Origin: Patescibacteria group bacterium
Lineage (GTDB): Bacteria; Patescibacteriota; Patescibacteriia; 2-12-FULL-57-11
Direction: 5' to 3'
Length of the DNA: 64,000 bases
Assembly (NCBI GenBank): GCA_004297205.1
Contig: SCUL01000002.1
Coordinates: 530,893-594,892, forward strand
The notes under the pieces were generated by a model. That model made no database searches. It was not told the origin of the DNA and saw only the letters and a list, made by a program, of their open reading frames with translations. Of this stretch, positions 45,180 to 53,979 are shown piece after piece. Positions within the stretch are counted from its first letter, which is position 1. Every line of letters starts with the position of its first letter. The position numbers were made by a program, and so were the translations under genes.

Positions 45180-45850
45180 TTCTGCCCGAAAACCCTTCGG
45201 GTAGGAGGACCTCAAAAAACGTACGCCAGCCCGTTGTGGAGGAGAGAGTCCCGCCGTTCCCTTTTCCAAAAGGTAGGGCGGGATGGGATCCCCCGCGCCG
45301 CTGCGGCTTCGGCTGCACCCGGCCGCGCCAGGGAACCCGCACCCCGAGGAGTCTTCGGACACACCCGGGATTCGTCTCCACAACGGGACGGCGCACTTGC
45401 CCCGTCGCATGACGGGGCGCCATCTGCGTAAACGCATGGAGGAGAGAGTCCCGCCTTCCTTTCAAAAAAGGAGTGGCGGGAATACGCGGCACGAACGGTA
45501 CCACTTGGGCTTCGGCTCGACCGGTTCCGGGATGGCCGCGCGGACGGCCGCCCTTCGGGGCAACGTCGTCCATTCCCTCCAGTCGCTTCCGCAGATGTAA
45601 ACAGAGTGGCCGCACCGACCGGGGAGGGGCGCATTGCTGCGATCGCCCTTTCAAACATCACAAGACCGTTTCCCCTCCCCCGTCGGCGCGGTACACAGTT
45701 GCCCGATGTTCGAAGGACCGTCCGCGCGATCCTGTTCGTGCCGACCGTCCTTCGGAAACATCTGAAGGCTCTGGTGCCCCGCCTAAAGCGGGGATTTGCG
45801 TCTTAGCGGACGCGGGAGACGGAGCGATCCGGCTTCGTTTTGGAGGAGCA
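45180..45850 (+). ncRNA. candidate large (~670 nt) structured ncRNA / 5' leader with two similar domains
   Basis: Contiguous stems; TGGAGGAGAGAGTCCCGCC at 45237 and 45437; several TTCG loops. Confidence 0.65.
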
Positions 45851-45852
45851 GC

Positions 45853-47256
45853 ATGGTGACTACCAACAGCCACGAGTCGAGGCGACAGGCCATCCGGGCC
45901 ATGCTCGTCGACGGCGTAACGCAGTGCATGGGCGAGGCGGCCACCGGCAAGGTGTGCAGCCGGATCCACGGCACGGCCGTCCCGTCGTTCGACGGGCGGC
46001 ACTCGATTCCGATCCGCTTCGAGAAGGGCGCGCTCGTGCACGGGGAGATCGTCTTCCTGTGCTCGCTCTGCGCGATCTTCGCGAAGAAGGCGGGGCTCGA
46101 CGTCCTCCCGCTCGACGAGCTCGAGCGCCGCGTGCTGGACACGCTCGGTGAGGCACCCGCCGCACCGGCCGCATCCCCGCCCGTGGCGGCTCCGCCGCCC
46201 GTGATGCCCGCCGTCGGCCGCGTGCCGGCCGTCCGCAAGGACGCGCTGGAACAGCCGGATGTCGCGCGCCCGCAGGCTCCGGCTCCCCGCAAGGAAGAGC
46301 CGATGCTCCAGGCCAAGCGCGGACCGCACCCGCGGTCGGCCCGAGGCCACTTCGTGTGCCTCGAGTCGAGCCGGGTGTTCGAGGAGATCTTCGTCCTCAA
46401 GACGAACAACCTCTGCAGCTGCGGCGCGTGCGACGTGAAGGCCGGCAAGGGCTTCGCGACGCGCAACGGCGACTACACGGGCGCCCGGTTCCCGATCTGC
46501 CCCGTTGGCATCGAGGCCGCGCTGCGCGTCTGCAGCACGGTCCGGCGGGCCGGCGGCAAGCCGGTCTACCTCATCTTCCGGGACGAGGCCGACTGGCAGA
46601 GGTTCGACGAGCGGCGCAAGTACGACGTCGCGCGCGACGCAGCCCGCGGCCACGCCGTCCTCGACGGCGAGCTCGGGAACGATGCCAACGACGTCTGCGC
46701 GGTGTTCATCTGCCGGGCCCCGAAGCCGACGGATCGCGTGGCGACGTTCGATGCGGTGCACAACCTCTTCATCGAGCATCGCATCTGCGGCCGCTGCGCC
46801 CAGTCCGCGCGCAAGCTCAGCAACCAGCTGCGCGAAGGCGGACAGCGCTGGGCCTTCCAGCTGCTGCGCGAGGGTCAGAAGCTGACCCCCAAGCAGCAGG
46901 ACGACCTGCGCCGCGCCGCGAAGCAGCGCCGCAAGGCGACGCCCGCGGCGAAGCAGTCGACGATCTCGTCGTCCGCCCCCAAGGGTTCGGCGCCCCCGGC
47001 GCCGAGCGCGGGCAAACCCTCGTTCGGCGAACAAATCGCCAAGGCAGGCCGGAACATCAAGGCCAAGCAGGCCGAGGACGCCGCGCCGGCCGCAGTCGCG
47101 TCCGCAACGCCGGAGCCGGAGGCCGCCGAGGCCGCCGCACCGGATTCCTCGGAGCCCGCCGCCGAGCCGACGATCGCGTCGGTTTCGGAGGCGGCGCCCG
47201 AAGCACCCGCACCCGCATCGCCCCAGGAGGGACCGATGGGCGGCGGGGCGGGCTGA
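45853..47256 (+). CDS. orphan protein with three putative zinc-finger modules and a disordered Ala/Pro/Glu tail
   Basis: GGAGGAG RBS; QC..VC/FLCSLC, CSCGAC/ICPVG, CAVFIC/RICGRC. Confidence 0.75.
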   Translation: MVTTNSHESRRQAIRAMLVDGVTQCMGEAATGKVCSRIHGTAVPSFDGRHSIPIRFEKGALVHGEIVFLCSLCAIFAKKAGLDVLPLDELERRVLDTLGEAPAAPAASPPVAAPPPVMPAVGRVPAVRKDALEQPDVARPQAPAPRKEEPMLQAKRGPHPRSARGHFVCLESSRVFEEIFVLKTNNLCSCGACDVKAGKGFATRNGDYTGARFPICPVGIEAALRVCSTVRRAGGKPVYLIFRDEADWQRFDERRKYDVARDAARGHAVLDGELGNDANDVCAVFICRAPKPTDRVATFDAVHNLFIEHRICGRCAQSARKLSNQLREGGQRWAFQLLREGQKLTPKQQDDLRRAAKQRRKATPAAKQSTISSSAPKGSAPPAPSAGKPSFGEQIAKAGRNIKAKQAEDAAPAAVASATPEPEAAEAAAPDSSEPAAEPTIASVSEAAPEAPAPASPQEGPMGGGAG

Positions 47257-47408
47257 CGGAAACGTCACCAGTGGCACCGGGCAGCCCCGTCAAGGCGGGG
47301 CACCCGAACGGCAGACGGGATTCCCTCCCCCGTCTGCCGCTCTCTCTCGACAGCATCGCCCCGTAAGCGGTGCTGTGGAGTCAGAGCAGACTCCGAGGAG
47401 AAACAAAC

Positions 47409-47909
47409 ATGTCGGTGAAGAATACCCTCACGCTCACGGCTCAGGACGAGACGACCATCGCCAAGCTGCTCGGCTTCAAGTCCCTCAAGGGCTTCATGGT
47501 CGAGGCATGGACGGCGAAGGACGGCGTCCACGTCGTGCACATCCGCGGCGAGGAGCAGAACGGCAGCACGCCGCGCTTCGAGATCCGACTGGTCCGCGAC
47601 GGGGCCGAGGCGCCGTTCGCCCAGGCCCCGACGAACCAGAACGTCCGCGTGCTGCGCGACCTGATCGAGAAGCGCGGTCTCGCGGAGATCGACCTCGACG
47701 CCTTCGCGCAGGCGCGGCAGCACAAGGGGATCCCGCTCGCGATGGACAACTGGCGGGACGGCCTGCGCCGGGCGGTCGCGCAGCTGCGGGACATCTACCG
47801 CCAGCGCATGCTGCCGATGATGCAGGAGGTCGAGCGGCTCGAGGCCTTCCTCGCGTCCCAGGCGGCGTCGAAGCCGGCCGTCGAGGCCGAGCCCCTCGCC
47901 GCGGAGTAG
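47409..47909 (+). CDS. orphan protein with C-terminal helical/coiled-coil region
   Basis: GAGGAG RBS; 166 aa; strong coding-like codon bias. Confidence 0.75.
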   Translation: MSVKNTLTLTAQDETTIAKLLGFKSLKGFMVEAWTAKDGVHVVHIRGEEQNGSTPRFEIRLVRDGAEAPFAQAPTNQNVRVLRDLIEKRGLAEIDLDAFAQARQHKGIPLAMDNWRDGLRRAVAQLRDIYRQRMLPMMQEVERLEAFLASQAASKPAVEAEPLAAE

Positions 47910-47915
47910 CGGCCC

Positions 47916-47943
47916 CGCGCCTGCCTACCGGCAGGCAGGCGCG
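47916..47943. repeat. short palindromic REP-like element (CCTGCCTACCGGCAGGCAGG)
   Basis: CGCGCCTGCCT-ACCGGC-AGGCAGGCGCG, 11-bp stem. Confidence 0.65.
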
Positions 47944-47945
47944 AC

Positions 47946-47989
47946 GACGGCAGGTGTGGGTATAAACCCCGCCTGCCGTCTTCTTTTTG
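47946..47989 (+). terminator. intrinsic terminator
   Basis: GACGGCAGG...CCTGCCGTC followed by TTCTTTTT. Confidence 0.75.
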
Positions 47990-47991
47990 TA

Positions 47992-48020
47992 TTGACACGG
48001 AGGAAAGGCGCGCTTATATT
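47992..48020 (+). promoter_or_regulatory. sigma70 promoter
   Basis: TTGACA-17bp-TATATT. Confidence 0.8.
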
Positions 48021-48026
48021 CGAGAG

Positions 48027-48248
48027 TGCTTCGCGCGCGCCAGGCTGCGAAGCGGGGAAGGCCTCCACAGTCCCGTTCGACGAGCCCCCGCGTGCACCGC
48101 GCAAGCGGTCCGGCGGGTTTCTCTCTCCTCGTTCCTCGGTCCGACCGCGGACCAGGAACTGCTCCGACGACTGGGCATGGGGAGACGCTTGGCCCCGGTT
48201 TGCAGCCTCCCGCGGACGAAGAAGCCGCCGGATTTTCCGGCGGCTTTT
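48027..48248 (+). ncRNA. candidate ~220-nt stand-alone structured sRNA
   Basis: Own promoter and terminator (AAGCCGCCGG-ATTTT-CCGGCGGCTTTT); long stem 48042-48208; no plausible ORF. Confidence 0.7.
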
Positions 48249-48290
48249 GCATTGGCGGCGGCCGGAGAAATCAAGTACCATGCCGCTGTT

Positions 48291-50561
48291 ATGGCCAAGA
48301 AACGCAAGAAGAAAGAAGAGGAAGCCGACGCGCCTGAGATCACCGTCAGCCCAGAAACGCAGCGCGGCATCCTCGTGGTTTTTTTGTGCGCCGCGGCCGT
48401 CCTGGCCGGGCTGTCGTACTTCGGAGCGGCGGGTCCTTTGGGAAGCTGGGTGGACCGGATGCTCACGAGTCTCTTTGGTTGGGACCGGCTGATCTTCGTC
48501 GGGATCCTGCTCCTCCTCTCTTATAAGGCCATCTCCCCTGAGCGCTTCCGCCTCGGGATGGCCGGCGGCATCGGCTTCTCCCTGCTCGTCTTCTGCGTGA
48601 ACGGTTTGATCCAGCTCGTCACCATGGTGGCCGAACCCGCGGCCGTCCCGTGGATGCAGGGCGGCGGCCTGGTGGGGCTGTTCCTGGCATACCCGCTCTT
48701 GTCTGTGCTCGGCACGTGGGGCGCGGGCGTGGTGCTGCTCGCACTCTTGGCCGCCTCGTTCCTGCTGACCTTCAACCTGACCTTGCGTCAGATGGGATTC
48801 ATCGGCGCGCCGATCCGCTGGATCATGGCGCTGGTCGGCGCCAAGCCCGGACCGGCCGCGCCCAGGGTGCACGTCTTGGACGGCGGCGAACCGGCGGAGG
48901 ACGAGAGCGAGGAAGAATCCGAGGAGGAAGAAACGGAACCGGAAGACGAAGCCGAGCGTTTCAAGAGCCGCACGGTCGAAGTGACCGTCTCGAAGAGCGA
49001 GCAGGAGATGCCGGAACCGGCGCCGCGCAAGCACCGGCCGATGATTTCCGTGCCGCTGGAGCTCCTGAACGCGCGCACCACCAAACCACAATCCGGCGAC
49101 ATCCATCGGATCGCCGAACGCATCCGCGCCACGCTCGAACAGTTCGGCATTCCGGTCGAAATGGGCGATGTCTCGGTCGGTCCCACCGTCACGCAGTACA
49201 CCTTCAAGCCGCAGGAAGGCATCAAGCTCACCCGCATCACCGGCCTCTCCAACGATCTGGCGCTGGCGCTCGCCGCGCACCCCATCCGCATCGAAGCGCC
49301 GATTCCCGGGAAGTCCTTGGTCGGCGTCGAAGTCCCCAACCAGACCGTGGCCCTGGTGCCGCTGCGCGAAGTGCTCGAGGGCCGCGAGTTCCGTGAACGC
49401 ACCAGCCCGCTCACCATCGGACTCGGCAAAGACGTGGCCGGCAAAGGCTGGACCGCGGCCATCGACAAGATGCCACACCTGCTCGTGGCCGGTTCGACCG
49501 GCTCCGGCAAATCGGTCTGTCTCAACACCATCATCATCTCGCTGCTCTACGAGAACGGTCCGGACGACCTGCGCTTCATCATGGTCGACCCCAAGCGCGT
49601 CGAGCTGACCGTCTACAACGGCATTCCGCATCTCGTCACTCCGGTCATCACCGACGTGCCGAAGACCGTGAACGCGCTCAAGTGGTCGATCGGCGAAATG
49701 GAACGGCGCTTCGACCTGCTGTCGAAGGCCGGCAAACGCGACATCAAGGGATATAACGCCACGGCGCCGGAGAAACTTCCCTACCTCGTCATCATCATCG
49801 ACGAGTTGGCCGACCTGATGGTCGCAGCCGCGGCGGAAGTGGAAGGCTCGATCGTGCGCATCGCCCAGATGGCGCGCGCCGTGGGCATCCACCTGATTCT
49901 CGCCACCCAGCGCCCCTCGGTCGACGTCATCACCGGACTCATCAAGGCCAACGTCACGACGCGCATCGCTTTTGCCGTGGCCTCGCTCATCGACTCGCGC
50001 ACCATCCTCGACACCTCCGGCGCCGAAAAACTGCTCGGCCGCGGCGACATGCTGTTCACGAACGCCGAGCTGTCCAAGCCCAAGCGCATCCAGGGCTGTT
50101 TCGTCTCCGAAGACGAAATCAAGAAAGTCACCGACTACATCACGGACAAGTACGGCCGCGCCGAGTACACCGACGGCGTCACGGAAAAGAACGCCGGCGG
50201 TTCGACCACGATTTTCGGCGACAGCGACGCCGATCCGCTGCTTGAAGAAGCGCGCGTCACCGTGGTGCGCGCCGGCAAGGCCTCGGCCTCGCTCCTGCAG
50301 CGCCGCCTCAAGGTGGGCTACGCCCGCGCCGCGCGCCTGCTCGACCTCTTGGAGGAAGCCGGCATCATCGGGCCGGGCGACGGCGCCAAACCGCGCGAGA
50401 TCCTGGTCACGGATGTGGAACTCTCCGAAGGCATGACCGGCGGAGATGACGGCGAGGAGGTCGTCGATATGGCATCCGATGTCACTAAAGATGACATGGG
50501 CGACGATGACGACGGAGACGAGTCCGATGAAAAGGAGGAAGAAAGCACGACAGCGGCATGA
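48291..50561 (+). CDS. ftsK: DNA translocase FtsK (4TM + motor + gamma domain)
   Basis: PHLLVAGSTGSGKS, DPKRVEL, DELADLM, ATQRPSVDVITG, LQRRLKVGYARA. Confidence 0.97.
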   Translation: MAKKRKKKEEEADAPEITVSPETQRGILVVFLCAAAVLAGLSYFGAAGPLGSWVDRMLTSLFGWDRLIFVGILLLLSYKAISPERFRLGMAGGIGFSLLVFCVNGLIQLVTMVAEPAAVPWMQGGGLVGLFLAYPLLSVLGTWGAGVVLLALLAASFLLTFNLTLRQMGFIGAPIRWIMALVGAKPGPAAPRVHVLDGGEPAEDESEEESEEEETEPEDEAERFKSRTVEVTVSKSEQEMPEPAPRKHRPMISVPLELLNARTTKPQSGDIHRIAERIRATLEQFGIPVEMGDVSVGPTVTQYTFKPQEGIKLTRITGLSNDLALALAAHPIRIEAPIPGKSLVGVEVPNQTVALVPLREVLEGREFRERTSPLTIGLGKDVAGKGWTAAIDKMPHLLVAGSTGSGKSVCLNTIIISLLYENGPDDLRFIMVDPKRVELTVYNGIPHLVTPVITDVPKTVNALKWSIGEMERRFDLLSKAGKRDIKGYNATAPEKLPYLVIIIDELADLMVAAAAEVEGSIVRIAQMARAVGIHLILATQRPSVDVITGLIKANVTTRIAFAVASLIDSRTILDTSGAEKLLGRGDMLFTNAELSKPKRIQGCFVSEDEIKKVTDYITDKYGRAEYTDGVTEKNAGGSTTIFGDSDADPLLEEARVTVVRAGKASASLLQRRLKVGYARAARLLDLLEEAGIIGPGDGAKPREILVTDVELSEGMTGGDDGEEVVDMASDVTKDDMGDDDDGDESDEKEEESTTAA

Positions 50562-51247
50562 CGACTGACGCCACGCATCCCGAAGCCACGCTGGGCGCGC
50601 TCGTGCGTGAGCTGCGCGAAACGGCCAACATCTCGCTCGAGGAGCTGGCCGAAGCCACGCGCATCCAAAAAAAATATCTGGTGGCGCTCGAAGAAGACGC
50701 CCACAAAGAACTGCCGGACCCGACCTACGTCCGCCATTTTCTGCGCGCCGTGGCCACGGCGTTGAACGTGAGTCCCGAAACGCTCTTTGCTCGCTACCAG
50801 CCGCCCGGCGAGCCCGCGCCGGGCCGCATGGAACCGCCCGCGCCGACGAGCGCGCTGGCATTCCTCGTGCCGTCCCGCATCCTGGCACGCGCCGCGATCG
50901 CCGGATTCGTCGTCGTCGTGCTGGCGGTTCTCTTCTGGCAGGTACGCGCCCTGTTCACGCCACCGGAGCTCCTGGTGACCGCGCCGGCCGACGCCGCGCT
51001 CCTCAACGAGCCGGTCGCGACCGTCGTGGGGAGGGTGCGCGGACGAGGGGCCGAAGTGCGTATCAACAACGAGCTGGTCTACCCCGACGAACAGGGGGAT
51101 TTCCGCATCGAAATCGACTTGCAGCAGGGGGCCAACCTGATTAAGATAGCGGCCAAGAAGCCGCGCAGCGCCGAGCGCGTGCTCTGGCGGCAGGTGGTCG
51201 TCGAAACCGCCGCGCCCGCCACCAGCACGCCGCCGGCCCGGCCTTGA
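50558..51247 (+). CDS. RodZ-like HTH membrane protein with C-terminal Ig-like domain
   Basis: LG..VRELRE...TRIQKKYLVALEE...YVRHFL, TM, PPEL...LQQGAN. Confidence 0.8.
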   Translation: MTTDATHPEATLGALVRELRETANISLEELAEATRIQKKYLVALEEDAHKELPDPTYVRHFLRAVATALNVSPETLFARYQPPGEPAPGRMEPPAPTSALAFLVPSRILARAAIAGFVVVVLAVLFWQVRALFTPPELLVTAPADAALLNEPVATVVGRVRGRGAEVRINNELVYPDEQGDFRIEIDLQQGANLIKIAAKKPRSAERVLWRQVVVETAAPATSTPPARP

Positions 51248-51317
51248 CAGGACCGGCGCGGTACGCCGGGGGCGGAGGCTCCGGTAGGATGAGGATGAAA
51301 TTCTTGATGCCCTGCAT

Positions 51318-52430
51318 ATGGCCAAACCCGGAAGCAAAGAAGCTATGAGCGCCCGCTCCAAAGCGGCCGGTGAAGCCATCGACCAGATCAGGGAGAAATT
51401 CGGCGATGGCTCGATCATGAAGCTCGGCGACGCCCGCAAGATGACCGTCGAGTCCGTCCCCACCGGCTGCCTGTCGCTCGACTTGGCGCTGGGAGTCGGC
51501 GGCGTGCCGCGCGGCCGCATCGTCGAGATCTACGGCCCGGAATCGTCCGGAAAAACCACGGTCGCCCTGCATATCGTCTCCGAAGTGCAGAAGCTCGGAG
51601 GACTTGCCGCCTACGTCGATGCCGAACACGCCCTGGATCCGGACTACGCTCGCAAAATCGGGGTCAACATCGACGAACTCCTGATTTCCCAGCCGGACAC
51701 CGGCGAACAGGCGCTCGACATCGTGGAAACCCTGGTGCGCTCCAACGCCATCGACGTCATCGTCGTCGACTCGGTGGCCGCGCTCGTGCCGAAAGCGGAA
51801 ATCGAAGGCGAGATGGGCGACCAGCACATGGGTCTCCAGGCGCGCCTGATGTCCCAGGCCCTGCGCAAGTTGACCGCCATCATTTCCAAATCCAAGACCA
51901 TCCTCGTCTTCATCAACCAGACGCGCATGAAGATCGGCATCGTCTTCGGCAATCCGGAAACGACGACCGGCGGCATGGCCCTCAAGTTCTACAGCTCGGT
52001 GCGCGTGGAGATCCGCCGCGCCGCGCAGATCAAACAGGCCGAGAAGATCATCGGCAACCGCGTCAAAGCCAAAATCGTGAAGAACAAGGTGGCGGCGCCC
52101 TTCCGCACCACCGAGTTCGACATCATGTATAATGAAGGCATCTCGCTGTCCGGCGACCTGCTGGACGTCGCGGTGCTCGAGGGTGTGGTCGCGAAAAACG
52201 GCAACACCTATTCCTGGGGCGACTTGAAACTCGGCATCGGCCGCGAGGCGGCCAAGAGCTACCTGCGCGCCTCGGCCGAGACCATGGCCGCGATCCGCGC
52301 CGCGGTGCTGACGGCGGTCGAAAAGAAGGACCGCGCCGAACTCATCGCCGCGCGCCCCGAACTCGGCACCGCTGCGGACGAAGAACCGCCGCTCGACGAC
52401 GCGCTGGCGCCGGCGACGGCTGAAGCCTGA
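51318..52430 (+). CDS. recA: recombinase RecA
   Basis: [34 protein letters not shown]. Confidence 0.99.
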   Translation: MAKPGSKEAMSARSKAAGEAIDQIREKFGDGSIMKLGDARKMTVESVPTGCLSLDLALGVGGVPRGRIVEIYGPESSGKTTVALHIVSEVQKLGGLAAYVDAEHALDPDYARKIGVNIDELLISQPDTGEQALDIVETLVRSNAIDVIVVDSVAALVPKAEIEGEMGDQHMGLQARLMSQALRKLTAIISKSKTILVFINQTRMKIGIVFGNPETTTGGMALKFYSSVRVEIRRAAQIKQAEKIIGNRVKAKIVKNKVAAPFRTTEFDIMYNEGISLSGDLLDVAVLEGVVAKNGNTYSWGDLKLGIGREAAKSYLRASAETMAAIRAAVLTAVEKKDRAELIAARPELGTAADEEPPLDDALAPATAEA

Positions 52431-52435
52431 ACGCT

Positions 52436-52870
52436 ATGATCGTCGTTGTCGCCCGCCATGGCAGCCAAAATTTCGACACCGGTGCGCTGACCGCCGAAGG
52501 CCGCGCCCAAGTGGAAGCCTTGGCCGGACGTCTCAAGGCCGCATTGCCCGCGGGCGACATCTTCCTGGCGTACTCGGACGTCTCGCGCACCAAGGAAACC
52601 GCTGACATCCTGATCGGCGCGCTCACGCCGAAAAAAACATTGCCTCTTGCCTGGCTCCAGGACGGCGAACTGGCCGGTCGGCGCGCGCGCACCCTGGGAG
52701 AACATACGCCCGGCTTCTCGGTGGCGCTGCTTGTCACCCATCTGCCGGTCGCCAACGAAATCCTCGGTTCCTTCGCCAGGGAATTCCAGATGGACGATCC
52801 GCCAAAGGGTCCGGAGCTGGCCGAAGCGATCGTCGCCGATCCGGAAGCAAAGACGTTCACCCGCATCTGA
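52436..52870 (+). CDS. SixA-like histidine phosphatase superfamily protein
   Basis: RHG, LT.EG..Q, S...RT.ETA, VTH.P. Confidence 0.75.
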   Translation: MIVVVARHGSQNFDTGALTAEGRAQVEALAGRLKAALPAGDIFLAYSDVSRTKETADILIGALTPKKTLPLAWLQDGELAGRRARTLGEHTPGFSVALLVTHLPVANEILGSFAREFQMDDPPKGPELAEAIVADPEAKTFTRI

Positions 52871-52907
52871 TGCAGAACACCGCCCCTGTGGGCGGTGTTC
52901 TGCATCC

Positions 52908-53468
52908 ATGTTCATGCCACCGGCATCTTCTTCGGACATCACCGCCCTCGTTGCTTCCGATCCTTGGCGCATGCGCGTCCTTGCTGCGGTGCGCGATCTT
53001 GATCTCCCCGACTGCTGGGTCGGCGCCGGATTCGTCCGCAACCTGGTCTGGGACGAGCTGCACGGCTACGCGGAGCGCACGCCGCTCACCGACGTCGATG
53101 TCGTGTACTTCGATCCGTCGGACGTCCGCGAGGAAGCCGAGGCGACGATCGCCGCACGTCTGCACGAGCAGCTCCCCGACGTGCCTTGGGAGGTCGTGAA
53201 TCAGGCCCGCGCCCACCGCTTCCATGGCCACGCCCCGTACCGCTCGACGACCGAAGCGCTCTCGCACTGGGTGGAGACGGCCACGTGCATCGGGGCACGC
53301 TTGGGCCAGGATGGTCGAGTGGAGATCACGGCACCATACGGCGTAGCCGATCTTGTCACAGGAACGCTTCGGCCGGTGCCAGACCGAGACATATTCACGT
53401 TCAACGAACGAATTTCCAAAAAAGGCTGGTTGAAACGTTGGCCGAAGCTCACTGTCGCCGCAGATTGA
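52908..53468 (+). CDS. nucleotidyltransferase family protein (DUF925-like)
   Basis: AGFVRNLVWD, DVDVVYFD, VNQAR.H, ETATCIG, APYG, KGWLKRWP. Confidence 0.85.
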   Translation: MFMPPASSSDITALVASDPWRMRVLAAVRDLDLPDCWVGAGFVRNLVWDELHGYAERTPLTDVDVVYFDPSDVREEAEATIAARLHEQLPDVPWEVVNQARAHRFHGHAPYRSTTEALSHWVETATCIGARLGQDGRVEITAPYGVADLVTGTLRPVPDRDIFTFNERISKKGWLKRWPKLTVAAD

Positions 53469-53493
53469 AAACGCCGCCCTGAGGGCGGCGTTT

Positions 53494-53979
53494 TCATGTC
53501 CGGCGTTCGTACGTGTAGAAGGTGAAGGCGTGCGGATTGCGTTCGTCTGCGTTGTGATCTTCCCGGAAGGTCTCCTGCCATTCCGATTCCAGTAATTCCG
53601 GAAACGTCACGTCGCCCTCGATGGTGGCATGGACGCGCGTAAAGTACACACGGTCCGCCCGCGGCAAGGCCTCCCGATACATTTCCCCGCCGCCAATGAC
53701 AAAGATCTCGCCCTCTCCCGCCGCGGCAAGCGCCGCCTCGAGCGAGGCAAAGGCCTCGACCGGCTGCCCGGCGAGCTTTCCCGGATCGCGCGTCACCACA
53801 AGCATCCGTCGATCCGGCAACGGACGCCCGATCGACTCCCAGGTCTTGCGGCCCATGACGATGGCGTGACCCGTGGTGAGCTTCTTGAATTTCTTCAAGT
53901 CCGCAGGAAGATGCCAAGGCAACCCGTTCTTGCTGCCGATCACGCCATTCTCGGAAACTGCAACGACGAGCGAGATCAT
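53494..53979 (-). CDS. folA: dihydrofolate reductase
   Basis: NGVIG...[32 protein letters not shown]. Confidence 0.97.
   Translation of the reverse strand: MISLVVAVSENGVIGSKNGLPWHLPADLKKFKKLTTGHAIVMGRKTWESIGRPLPDRRMLVVTRDPGKLAGQPVEAFASLEAALAAAGEGEIFVIGGGEMYREALPRADRVYFTRVHATIEGDVTFPELLESEWQETFREDHNADERNPHAFTFYTYERRT

Noticed and set aside
45237-45600. Tandem glycine riboswitch (GGAGAG motif twice)
   Set aside because: Lacks the CCGAAG and CUCUCAGG conserved elements, and the downstream gene is unrelated to glycine.
45237-45845. RNase P RNA (GAGGAGAGAGTCC resembles GAGGAAAGUCC)
   Set aside because: The motif is imperfect and duplicated, and there is no ACAGAAnnCGGCUUA P4 partner; cmscan would settle it.
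45079-45859. Short overlapping ORFs in the structured region
   Set aside because: No RBS or start context, atypical codon usage, mutually overlapping; better explained as structured RNA.
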